Position numbers and translations under genes: made by a program. DNA of 64,000 nt from Balanoglossus misakiensis (lineage: Eukaryota > Animalia > Hemichordata), in NCBI GenBank assembly GCA_040954595.2, contig CM082577.2, positions 9,015,846-9,079,845 on the forward strand, given 5' to 3'. Positions 37,928 to 49,232 of this stretch are shown piece after piece; the first letter of the stretch is position 1, and every line of letters starts with the position of its first letter. The notes beneath the pieces were generated by a model. It did not search any database. It had not been told where the DNA came from and worked only from the letters and a program-made list of their open reading frames with translations.

Positions 37928-39579
37928 ATGGTGAGCGCAAAGGGAGACGTTGTCTTAGTGACGGGAGCAGCCGGTTTCCTCGGCCAGCACGTCGTGAGAG
38001 TGCTTCTCGAGAGAGGCGAAGACGTCTCAGAAATCCGGACGTTCGACATCAGGGAGTTCCGCTGGTTCAAAGGGATGGAGGTCGTCAACCCAGATGTTGA
38101 GCTGGTTCACATTCGCGGCGATCTCACCAAAGTCGAAGATATACGCCGAGCATCGAAGGGCGTCGATGCTATCATCCATACTGCTGGTAAGTTCTTGGTG
38201 GAAGACACAAAAAGTTTCGAAGAAAGAGAAGTGTTAGTAATAGAGTGTATCTTGAGTATTGCGTCATATTGCTCACAAGGCATTGTGTTGTACTTGGGTC
38301 TCAGAGATCTGACTCGCTAGTCTCAGTGTAGGGAGTGGTCATTGACACGGGCCCATCACAGACACTAATGGTGAACTGGCCTTCTGGGGGGGGGGGGGGG
38401 GTTACATAACCCTGACAAGTTTATTACCGTAATCAGTCTATTAATTCAACCGCTCCATTAATTCAAAATTAATTATTTTATAACCTTCAATTGTTTGACC
38501 ACTGATTAAATGCGTGATATTGATATTGTGTATTTTTCAAGAAGATATCTGCAATAGGTACCTCAATTTTTCAAAGAAATTAAAATGAAGAATACCCAAG
38601 ACTGGCTGTCATTTTTAAAGGTTTAAAATTTTTGTATGCTTCGTCTATATGTTCCCCAGAAGCAAATAACGTTCAAAGTATATTTTGACAGCATTGACAT
38701 TCCGACAATCTTTATTACTCACATGTACTTCATCCAATTTCAGGTTACGTTGACGTCTCTGCGCTTCCCGATCTGCAAAAACTGAAAGCTATAAACGTGA
38801 CGGGCGGGGAAAATGTCCTGAAAGCCTGCATCGACAACCAGGTCACCAGGCTGGTGTACACCAGCACCCAGGACGTCGTGCTGGGGTACGACCCCATCGA
38901 GGGCGCGGACGAGACCAGCGTGGGAATACCGCACCGGTTCCTGTACGAGGGCTACGCCGGCACCAAGTACGAGGCGGAGAAGATCATCCTGAAGGCCAAC
39001 AACCTGATCCTGGACAACGGCCGGAAGTTGAAGACGTGCGCTATCAGGCCGACGACGATCTACGGGGAGGGGGACGTGTACCTGCTGCCGCCGCTGCTCA
39101 AGGCGGCGAAGCACCAAGGCGGCGTCCTGGTGCGCATCGGCCGGGAGGCGCTCTTCCAGGTGTCGTACGTCGGCAACGTCGCCTGGGGGCACGTGCTCGC
39201 GTCGCAGCAGCTGAAGAAGCCGGCGGTCGAGGCCGACGTGGCGGGCCAGGCCTTCTTCATGTGCGACGACACCGAGCCCATGAACATCTTCGACTTCGCG
39301 GAGCCCTTCCTCCAGGTCAAAGGTTATCGGCTCTCCAAGTATCACCTGCCCTACTGGATGATGTACTTTGTGGCCTTTTTCATAGAGTACCTCGTGTGGG
39401 TGCTGAGCCCCTTCGTCAAGCTGAATGTCCCCCTGAACAGAGAAGTCCTGCACCACTTGTGTACGTCCTGCTTTTTCAGCTACAGAGGTGCCAAGCGGTA
39501 CCTTGGTTACAATCCAGTCTACGGCGTTGATGAATCCATCGACAGAACTATGGAATATGTTAAAAGATTGAAAGTCTAA
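37928..39579 (+). CDS. 3-beta-hydroxysteroid dehydrogenase/isomerase family extended SDR (HSD3B7-like)
   Basis: Exons 37928-38186 (VLVTGAAGFLG Rossmann motif, GDLTK..GVDAIIHTA) and 38744-39579 (NVTGGENVLKAC, LVYTST, YAGTK catalytic YxxxK, TCAIRPTTIYGEGD, YVGNVAWGH, GQAFF, LGYNP). Confidence 0.92.
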
Positions 39580-41250
39580 CCCCGATCTCTCTTGAATTTT
39601 TATACCCTTCTGTAACTTAGTCCTGTTTGATCTCGTCTGGCAGCTTACAACTTACATGTATCTCTCTTTACGTGAAACTTGTGCCATTGGTTTGGATTTG
39701 CTATAAAATTTAGGATCTTTTATTTAAGTCAAAGCAATTTTACTACATATGTAATTACATTGATAATGTTTAATCAATTCTCTCACCAGACCAAAAAAAA
39801 TTCTGCATTGTACTTAAATATAGAAATCTTACAATCTAGCATTTAAGTAATATTTTTGTGAAATTATATTATTAATATTATGCAAAGGCACAGCTTAATG
39901 CATTTAATTATTTTGTTTTATGAACTGTACCTGTATATATACCAGTATAGTCTGTTTTGTCTGTTGGATTGGTTTCCGCAGCATTGCCAAAACACTGCAG
40001 TGTTGAATTTACAATGAGTTCATTTGTCCAGTAAGTTAACTCTGCTTGAAATCTGATATACTTAACCATTATGATAATAGTGAAATTATTTTTAGCCAAA
40101 GTAGCAGGTTATGTTGGAACCTCAGATAAACTGTAGAACCTTGGTTACTTACATATATTAGGTTCAATTAACTTGATTACAACTCAGCTGACAGATTTTC
40201 CTCCAAAATGTCATTCTGTCAGGACAAATCATGTAATACATTGTAAGCCAACTTTGTGAATTTCCAATAAAAAATCATGAAGAGGGATTTGTTAGCTATG
40301 TGTGTTTCTTATAAAGGGCAGGGATCGTCCCTCCTTTAAGAATTTGCCAGGCCAACCCAGCCTTACCAAATGGATTGCACAACACTAAAAGGGAACATGT
40401 GAAATAGATTATTTGTTGAGGTTGTTGAACCAAACAATTTTTTTCTGTGTTATTTTATGGTGCACTGACATTCAGTCAGGGTACACACTGAGGGTTGCCA
40501 TGCATACCACTGTACTGCCATTTTTATAGACACACAGGCATCGTATAGTATGAATCGATGATTGTTTGGTGTCCACCCACCCACAGTCAAATCACATCTA
40601 ATGGTTGGCAACCCCAGGCTGGCATATCAATGTTCAGTATTTAGAAACCAGAATATGCTTTTGATTAAAAAAATAATGGCATCACTTGATATAAGTGCAA
40701 TCGGAAACAGTTTTTTTTGCCTAAAAAAATTCACTTACCTGACTGGATTACACGGTAGAAACATATTCTCTACTGATGTGCAGATCGACTCAGGAGTATA
40801 TCAATGATGTATGGTGACTATCGAAGGGTTCATTTCAAAAAACTGTTTCCGTTCCGACAGTAACTGATTCTGTCATATGAGGCGGGCAACACATATGTTG
40901 TTCATCAGCTGTTGATTGAAGATTTTATGTTTTTGTAGTAGCGGCATATGGGTCATGTTGTTTTAAATAAAATGTCATACCATGAGTAACACTGATGGCT
41001 ACAAATCTCTGCATACTATAATTTTGTTTCATTTAAAAAATCAGCTATCACAAGACGTGGATAACATTCCTGTTAAATATAGGTCCAGTACCAATCACAA
41101 TTTGAGACAAAAAGGAGTGAGACAAATGCAAATCATATCCTGAAGTTTCGGAGACTTTTAATACGTGTACTAACTATATAGAACGCCCTCTAGTGCTGTA
41201 AAATCTATATAAACAAACAACTCCTTTCCTCCAGTATGCAGGAAATCCAC

Positions 41251-41280
41251 TATGCGCACGCGCGGGAAATTCAAAGCGGG
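41251..41280 (+). promoter_or_regulatory. NUF2 promoter with an E2F-like site abutting a CHR-like element and an NRF1-like motif
   Basis: TGCGCACGCGCGGGAAATTCAAA contains GCGCGGGAAA (E2F) and TTCAAA (reverse of CHR TTTGAA); CCAAT at about 41091. A probable non-coding first exon follows, with its donor near 41392. Confidence 0.55.
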
Positions 41281-41517
41281 GAACCGCAAAGTACAAAATA
41301 CGAAAGTGTGAGTATTGTGAGTGAGATCATCGGTGAGCGGCTAAAGTCCGACCAGGAATTATTATAAAGTTGCCTTATATATCTCGTAACAGGTAGGTTG
41401 TGGTTTCTTAATTTGTTTTAAATTCAAGACGTTATTTTACTCGACCAGGCTGCACTGTGCACATCAAAAACACAAACAAAACCTAGAGCTACACACTGAA
41501 CTGCAGCTACATATCGA

Positions 41518-41612
41518 GTAGCCGTGGAAAAGCAGCTGTACCGTGGGGAGGGGGGGGGGGGGTATGGGATAATTACCATACCCCCACGGTACAGCTGCGT
41601 TTCCACAGCTAC
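41518..41612. repeat. Long near-perfect palindrome (31-bp arms) in the NUF2 5' intron
   Basis: GTAGCCGTGGAAAAGCAGCTGTACCGTGGGG ... CCCCACGGTACAGCTGCGTTTCCACAGCTAC (29/31 complementary), with an inner GTATGG/CCATAC stem. Confidence 0.85.
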
Positions 41613-41750
41613 ACATCGAAATGATTGACCAGTGTTGACAAATAGGTGTTCCCAATCAAACTGCTGCATGGTTGAGAGGATAAGCACCCAGTGTTTTCCT
41701 TATTCTTTTGCTTTATTTTACTGAAATAAGGTACTGTACCGAAGAACACA

Positions 41751-44700
41751 ATGACTCACTATGAGTGGCCTATCCTGACTGCACCTGAAATTTTGGTCAA
41801 CCTCGAAGAGATCTTCTGTGGCGAGGTGCACTACTCCGAAGCAGACATTTTGAAACCCCAGGTAAGAATAATCAACTCACATCAAGTTACAATTCTTTTC
41901 TCTCATGACATCATGAGCTACATGTAGCCCTACGAGTCTGTCTCTTGCGGATGAGCACATTAATGTTTGACCCAATGTTCTAACCATCCTGTGTCCCCAC
42001 CCCACAGCCACACAAGATCCGGCAACTATATGCAGATCTGCTTGCCATATCCAATGTCAACGTAAGACCGGAGAATTTCACCATACAGCCCATGCACGGC
42101 ATGCACAATGTGCAGAGTCCAGAACTTCACGAAGAATCGTACCCTCTGATCACCTTCAGTTTAATCATGTAAGTAAATCATCCACTGAGAATTTATTGTC
42201 ATGATTTGGTGAATTAATTGTGTTTTTTATGTTAATAGATGAGAATCAGTGATGATTTGGTATTCTCTTTATAAATTCTCCTTATAAATAATCACCTAAC
42301 ACAAGTCTTTCTGTTTGTTCGTTTATTAGGCAGCGTTTGTTGGTGGCATGTGGGGTAGAAGATTTCAAGATATGGGACATAACAAGCCCTAGTAAGTACA
42401 GTGTTGTGTTGTGGTACGTACCATGTCATTGGGATACCTAAAGACCCAGCCCTATTAATAAAGTGTGCCACTTTATCTTGCTATCCTATGTGCACTTTAA
42501 GTGTTATTGATATCGGTACATATATTTTATACACATAAATAATGTATTTATAACAAATTGAAAAACAAATATACATGTACTGAATTTGTTTTCTGTTATA
42601 ATCAATATCAAAGTGTGAGAACATTTTATCACAGCAAATATCTTTGTCAAACTTGCAGAACCAAAAAGGACTGCCCGGTTTGTGAGTGCTTTGATCAACT
42701 GGAAGAAATTCACTGACGATCGGATGAAGGTCTACGAGAAAATCAAGGAGGACTCTGTAAGTTGTATTGAAAGTTTGGTTCAAACAGGGATGGTGTTTTG
42801 CATTGGTGTATGCATCACCCCGTAAATGGGTGAGATTTTAATGAATTTTGAAAATCTCATATTCTTTATTTCAGGCTTTGCTGCAAGAGAAACGCTCTGA
42901 TTTACTGACTGCCAAAGATGAAATCAAATCTAACATCAACAAGATACGAGCGACGCAGGCAGAGAAGGCACCTCAAGTGAATCAGGTATGTTATATTATT
43001 CTCAGGGTTTAAACACGAAAAACAAGAACTTTTGATTGACACGTGACAAATCTCCCCTTTATTCCGGAGTTGGCCAGCTTGTGAGCATTCATTGTTAGAT
43101 TCTATTATTCTCATATTCCTGCCCTGAAACTTTAAGCTAGCATGAATACCTTTTTTTTGATTTTTCAGCTCCAACAAGAAATAGAAGAAATGAATCAGAA
43201 GATGAGCGAGATGCAGAAATCCCAAAGTCAACTGCAGACAGAAGTGAAACAAATCAAGGCAGACATTGCGGATAAAACTGCAAAAACAGTGAGTTCCTGC
43301 CATTTTATCTTCAGGTTTTTTTCTGAGAGAGACGAACTGACTCACAAAGTTTTCTTACAGAAATTACTCCTCAATGATATGGTTTGAATCCTTCACACAA
43401 AATAAACAAGTAATAACACACCATTCTATTACACTGCATCATCCCACTGTTTTTGCGCTGCATTTCGCACGGTAAACAGCATGATACGAAATCTTCTCTT
43501 CTTTGCATGCAGGACCAAATCAAGTGTCGCGAAGTCGTCCACAAGAAGGAGACGGAGAAAATCCGGTCGCGCATCGTCCAGTCGCCGGAGAAGATGAAGG
43601 GCGAGATCGCACGCACCAAGCACAACATCCAGAGCTTGAAGGTCGTGAAGGAGGACTCCTCCATCAAGCTGCAGGAGCTGTACGTGGTGAAACAGAAGCA
43701 GCAAGCGGTGCTGGATAACGCCAAGCAAGGCGTCAAGCTCATCTCTGCCATCGAGGCGGAGCAGCAGAAATTGGGGTAAGGTGGTGACATCTAAGGTATG
43801 CAGTGTTTCATCTAGACACTGACAGAAGGGGATGGGGGGGGGGTCACCCTCTGTTGACATGTTATCACCCCCTAGAAATTAAGGGTAGAGGGGGACCAGT
43901 GCCCCTTAAAACGATGTCACTCTCATGTTGAAGATATCACATTCCCCTTTGCTAGACTGGAATCCCTTCCCCCTAAATATTCTCGCAAAGGGGACATATC
44001 CCTCCTGTTTATGCTAGAGACAAAAGGGGAATGGGAAAAATGAAAAATGAGTCAGCAGCAGAAAACATTCCAACAAAAAGTATTTGCTGGTAAAATAGGA
44101 CCTCTAAAGTGGGAACTGGGGGTGAAAAGGGTTAAGTGGAAATCAGCAAATCCTAAGTAACCAACAATGTTACGAATTAATTTTGAATTTCAGAGAGGCT
44201 GAGAAAGAGCTGATGAAAATCCAAGACAAGAAATGCCACCTGAAGGACGTCCTGAGCGAGACCACGGCCAAGGCGAACCAGGTGAAGAGACAGTACAGCA
44301 CCAAGCAGGAGAAGCTCTGCAAACTGGGGCTGCAACAGGAAACAAAGCTCAGATCTGTCAATGAAGATCTGGAGCAAGCGACAAGGTAGGCAGGTCTTTT
44401 TTTTTAAATCATTCGGTGTTTACCTTGTCTCTGCTATGTGTGTCCGTTTTTCTAAGATTCACGACATTGTTCTAAGATTCACACAATGGGATTAACCTGG
44501 TTGTTTTGTCTTTCACAGGGAAAGAGATGCTTTGATGGCAAAGAGAAGCGAGAATTACAAAGAAGTCATGAAATACGCAGAGGAGAAAGAACAGATACAG
44601 AGAGAGGTGTGCAATGCTTGTTGTGACCATTCGAATGTAATATTTTTCAACTGCACTTTCTTGTTGTCATCTACCTTAAGCTCCATTCTAACAAGATATA

Positions 44701-45915
44701 CATGTACTTTTGTATGTTTATATTTGCAGATGGAACCGAAGAAGAGAAGCTACAAAGAAGAAAAGGACGAGATGGTCAACATGTATGAGGATCTTATGCA
44801 AGCTGTAAGTACATGTAGGACGAGTCTTACAGCGAGTTGACGAGAGGGGAAGGGATTGGCTTGTGTTTTGTTTAGGGTGATACGTTCTTATCACTTAACC
44901 CTTTCACTCCTAGTTGCCTTCATAGATGTCCAACTTTACCATAGAAAACAATGGATTTGGGCCGAACCATGGTGGTGATAGGGTTACTTAAGCATTCATT
45001 GGTGTCTAGACAACACATGGATTTTCGTTTCTGCCTTGAATGGGAAAAGCAGACATAGTGTTTGTTTTTGGCGATTTCAATGCCTAGTATCTTTCCAACT
45101 AAAATTGTTTGAGCAGAAGAAGCCTATGATGAAGCATTACTCGTGAAAGGATTAAGGCAAACACCCCACCCCACTCCCCCCTGTAACAAAATGTTAAGAC
45201 CCATCATGTCACTGCACTGAGTTGAATGCATGCAATGTCTGCGTCAGAGTTATTATTATCCTGGTCGTGGGATTGTTGCGCTTTCCTTTTCAGGGGCTTT
45301 TTGGACAAGAGGCAAAATCAAACAATCTCCATTCAGCTCAAACAAAAACTTACATGTAGTACTGGAACTAGGCTGGTCTGTTTGTGTATTGTACAGTGCC
45401 GCTGGCAATGATGATAGGACCTGTGTGTGTTTTTATTTTACAGTGAACTCTGGCTGCCTTTAATGTTTTTACTTCATGCTAGGGGGTCAAATCACATAAT
45501 AATTGCATTCTGGGTAAAAGGTCGACAACTCACTGTAGTAAGAGATAGAAAATATACGTTAACTATATTTCATGACTTCCTTTGGTCAAACATTTTGGTC
45601 TTTGGAGTTAGCGTATTAAACTTGTTCAACCTTTATCTTCCATTTGTTAAACATGACAAAAATCGGCCATCTTGAAATTGCGTCGGCCATATGAGATTTT
45701 CATCGCTCACCTAGGTAGCAAAAAGACACTTAAGGTAGGGAGAATTGATCTGCTTTGCACTATTCACGAGACTTCTTCTTAAGTTTACCGCTGTGTTTTT
45801 TCTTCTTCGTTTTTTTTCCGTCCTCGCACAGGTCGAAGAGAGTCACATGAACATAGCGGCAACCTACGATGAGAACAATCCCTGGACGGTGTTTTCTCCT
45901 CCCGAAAGATCATGA
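41751..45915 (+). CDS. NUF2: Kinetochore protein Nuf2 (NDC80 complex)
   Basis: Exons 41751-41861 (MTHYEWPILTAPEI..DILKPQ), 42008-42168, 42330-42391 (ACGVEDFKIWDITSP), 42659-42756 (KPKRTARFVSALINW), 42875-42985, 43169-43288, 43513-43775 (IRSRIVQSPEKMK), 44194-44385, 44519-44606, 44730-44804 and 45832-45915. CH-domain head followed by coiled coil. Confidence 0.92.
44895..44986. mobile_element. MITE family C copy
   Basis: TTAACCCTTTCACTCCTAGTT...CTTTACCATAGAAAACAATGG...CCATGGTGGTGATAGGGTTA; inverted relative to 21184-21278. Confidence 0.7.
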
Positions 45916-47918
45916 ACCGGGAAGTGTTTTACGACCAGCTGTATATTTTCATCTCTTTCGAAACGACCCTGGATTAAAGTCGGTTGGTCGGGGTGATGGG
46001 AGAGAAGGGACTCACTGTGGTAAAATTGATATCACAGAAATCCTGTTCAGTATAAATCAGTTTCCTGTCTGGTGACGGAATAGTTTTGCTGATAGCGTCT
46101 CTCGACAGGAAATTCAAAAAGTATCTTTTCTGTAAAGTTATCTCCACATTGCTATTTGAATGTTTTGTAAATACGTCTCTGGCCGATTGCTGATTTCCAA
46201 ATATTATAAAACTTGTCAGGGACGCCAGGAGTTTTCAAACAAAATTCACCATCGACTGGCATTGTTTCCACTGTTCAGGGAGACCCTGCCAAACGATACA
46301 TGTTTTTGTATCAAAGTAAATTGGAAATGTGATCATAAAGAGTAACCATGCATATTGTTTTGCCATGGTGTACATTGTGGCCATAGTTAGACTTTGCACT
46401 TACTTTGACTTACTGGTAACTGTGAGGTATGGGACCCATACCAAAAGCCCCTGATGTGAGTCGATCCCTCTAAAAGTCGCATTCTTGACCATGTCAAAAC
46501 TGTAAACACTGTAGGCACTCGCAGAAGCAGCCCGCGATAAATGATTAATTCGACAAGTCAACAGTGTTGACCGAAGTTAGTGTTGACATTTTCAACATGT
46601 AGCTGGGCATCGTAGCCTAGTCCACATTTCTGTGCTCTTCATTTTTCCAATTCACAATTTAGAAGTATGCAAGTACTTCATTGCACTGCCTGTCCTTTCC
46701 ACTGCCATTTTCAACACTGTACTGCCTCCTTCATATATGTCATTAAATATTTATACATTTTATATATATAATCATGATTTAGTTGTAGCTGCACTATGTT
46801 TTACACATAGCGTTTGTAAATTCGAATTTCCGATAGCATATTCAGTTATTTTCATTTTGTTTTGACTTTATTTTTTCACAACTTCAGTATTTGTATTATT
46901 TGAAGTGTTCCTCACATCTTTTTCATTAAATTTTGATTTAAACTTTAATTTAATGTGAGTTTTAATCTTAATCATGGCATTATTAAACCTAAGGCACACC
47001 ACACAGCAATAGATTTACCTTATTATTGTCCGTATGATTGAGGCATTCCATCAAAACTAGGAAAGTGCATTCTCGATAATTCTGAGAATGACAATCTATG
47101 GAACCTAACAGCATTGATGCTGCAGCAACGAAGTATAGGCATTGACCAAGAGTTCCACAGTTTCACCAAAACTTACTTATGGAACAATGTGTACATAGTG
47201 CGCGAATCGGATATTAAATCGACACAAGACACGCCTATGCAAGGCTTTAAAAACTTAAAGTTAAGTTGACAGAGAATTGCGAAAAATTACCTTGCAGATG
47301 CCAAAATTGTGTTTTCAATGAACGACGTAACTATGCGCGGGTAACCACAACTTTTCTGTGCATGATCAAGTTTCACCGCACTACTTTCCAGGTCTCCCCT
47401 TTTAAAGCACGTTTATTTTTTATCTAATCACCGCCACCACGAACTGTGCCCTTGATCAAAACGAGATAAAATTCGTCTGGTGGCGGTGTCGATTTCTTTG
47501 GCATTGTGCCCAAACGTTATATTACTAGCCTGCACGTACCATAAGCTTTTACTAGTTGGGGTGACCACGTTCTCGTCACCCTTGTTCCCGTCTCAGCTAA
47601 ACCCGTAACGACGGGTTGTGAAGAAACGGATTTCTTATCACCTTCATTAAAGCCCGCGTTAATTTGGCAAAAACCTATATATTATTCATGAATGAAGATA
47701 TAATCAGTACATTCGTAAACCCCACGAACGTTTCTAACACTGGCACCCCTAAATATATTTCAGATGGTCCTAAAAAAACAAAAACACGGAAACAATATTG
47801 GGCCCAGACGCAACATAAAATGCAAGACCGAGTTATTGTGTCATCAAATGGGTATAAGGCCCAGTGTTTCCTCTTGTGATCTGCAGTCAGCGAGAGTGCG
47901 CTTGAACACTTCCAAGAA

Positions 47919-49197
47919 ATGTTTCGCCGAGTGACGCGAGTTTTCTTGCTTTCTGTTGTTTGGTCGTGTTTGCAGTCCGGGCATGTCGACAAAGGTAATA
48001 TGTATTAAATTGTTGTTTTATACTAGTAATGGCGCATATAAGGCTCTTGCAACGTCAGAGCCTGTTTGGATCCAGCCGTACGGTATTCATCGGGGTATCG
48101 TTCGTAAAATTGCTAAATGCGCACTTTTCTTATTCTCTTGTTCGTCACTTTTGCTTTGATGTAAATCAGGCCTTTCCGAGAAGAACAAATCTGGGATAAC
48201 TTCTTCCACGGTCCAAGTGAAGTGAAGTGAAATGAAAACAAACCGCATGCATTTCCAAATCGAAGAGATTTTTATATAATTTTTTACGCAGTCTAGCCAA
48301 TCCGACAGAAATGGGAATGTTGTAAAAGTGAAAGAAGTTGTATCATTTCTAAACTCATAATATGGTAACTCCCGAAGTAATCATCACGAGGGAAGGAATT
48401 TTCATCGTACGTGCTGGAAGGATCTCTGACCTGAGGTCTGCACCTGTGAAAACATTCAAGGCAAGCTAAGAGAAACGATAACAGATCGGTCCGACGCGTA
48501 TTGGAGACCACTGCGCATTTCGTCCCAGACAGACCGCCTTTTCGAAATTCCCATGTTCGCTTTCAATTAAGTCAAGGGTTCACCTGCTTCGGGCTACTTT
48601 ACGTCATCAGCACAGAGGGTGGCTTGACCTCATGGCGTGTTCGATCCAAAAATAATTGCATGTCTCATTCACAAGCTGTGGCTTGTCAATGTGTGACAGA
48701 CTGTCACGAGAACTTTGCCGCCACAAAAGTCTCCTTTGTCGTTGTACTAGTTTTCGAAAGCGTTTTCAAAGCGCAACAACGGCTTTTTTAGAGCTTTTAT
48801 TTTGTTCACAATTGCACTAGTCTGTGTTCAAAAGAACTTCAATCATATCAGCAGATTTTTTCTGTCGAATTTGTGCGTATACTCAGGACATAGCATCCTA
48901 GAACTAGAGTGCACTGGTCCCACCTCTCTATGTCTATCTGTCTTATTAAGTCCTTTTTTTCTTGTCGGACTTGTTCATATAATTTTACCATACATACTGT
49001 AAATGATAACACACGCAGCACAATTCAATCGAATTCAAGTGGCAGACAAAACAGTTTAATCCATTTCATGAACAAAAGCAATTTTCAACAACCGAACTCG
49101 CTTGTACAAAACGAACAGAACTAAAAAACAAAAGTCACACTACCAAAAACCAGAACTATGTAAATGTATAATTTTATGTCCATCCATCCGTCCATCC

Positions 49198-49232
<35 letters not shown>

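Noticed and set aside
38740-39530. Long antisense and alternate-frame ORFs (238 aa, 164 aa)
   Set aside because: These are shadow ORFs caused by high GC3 in the HSD exon.
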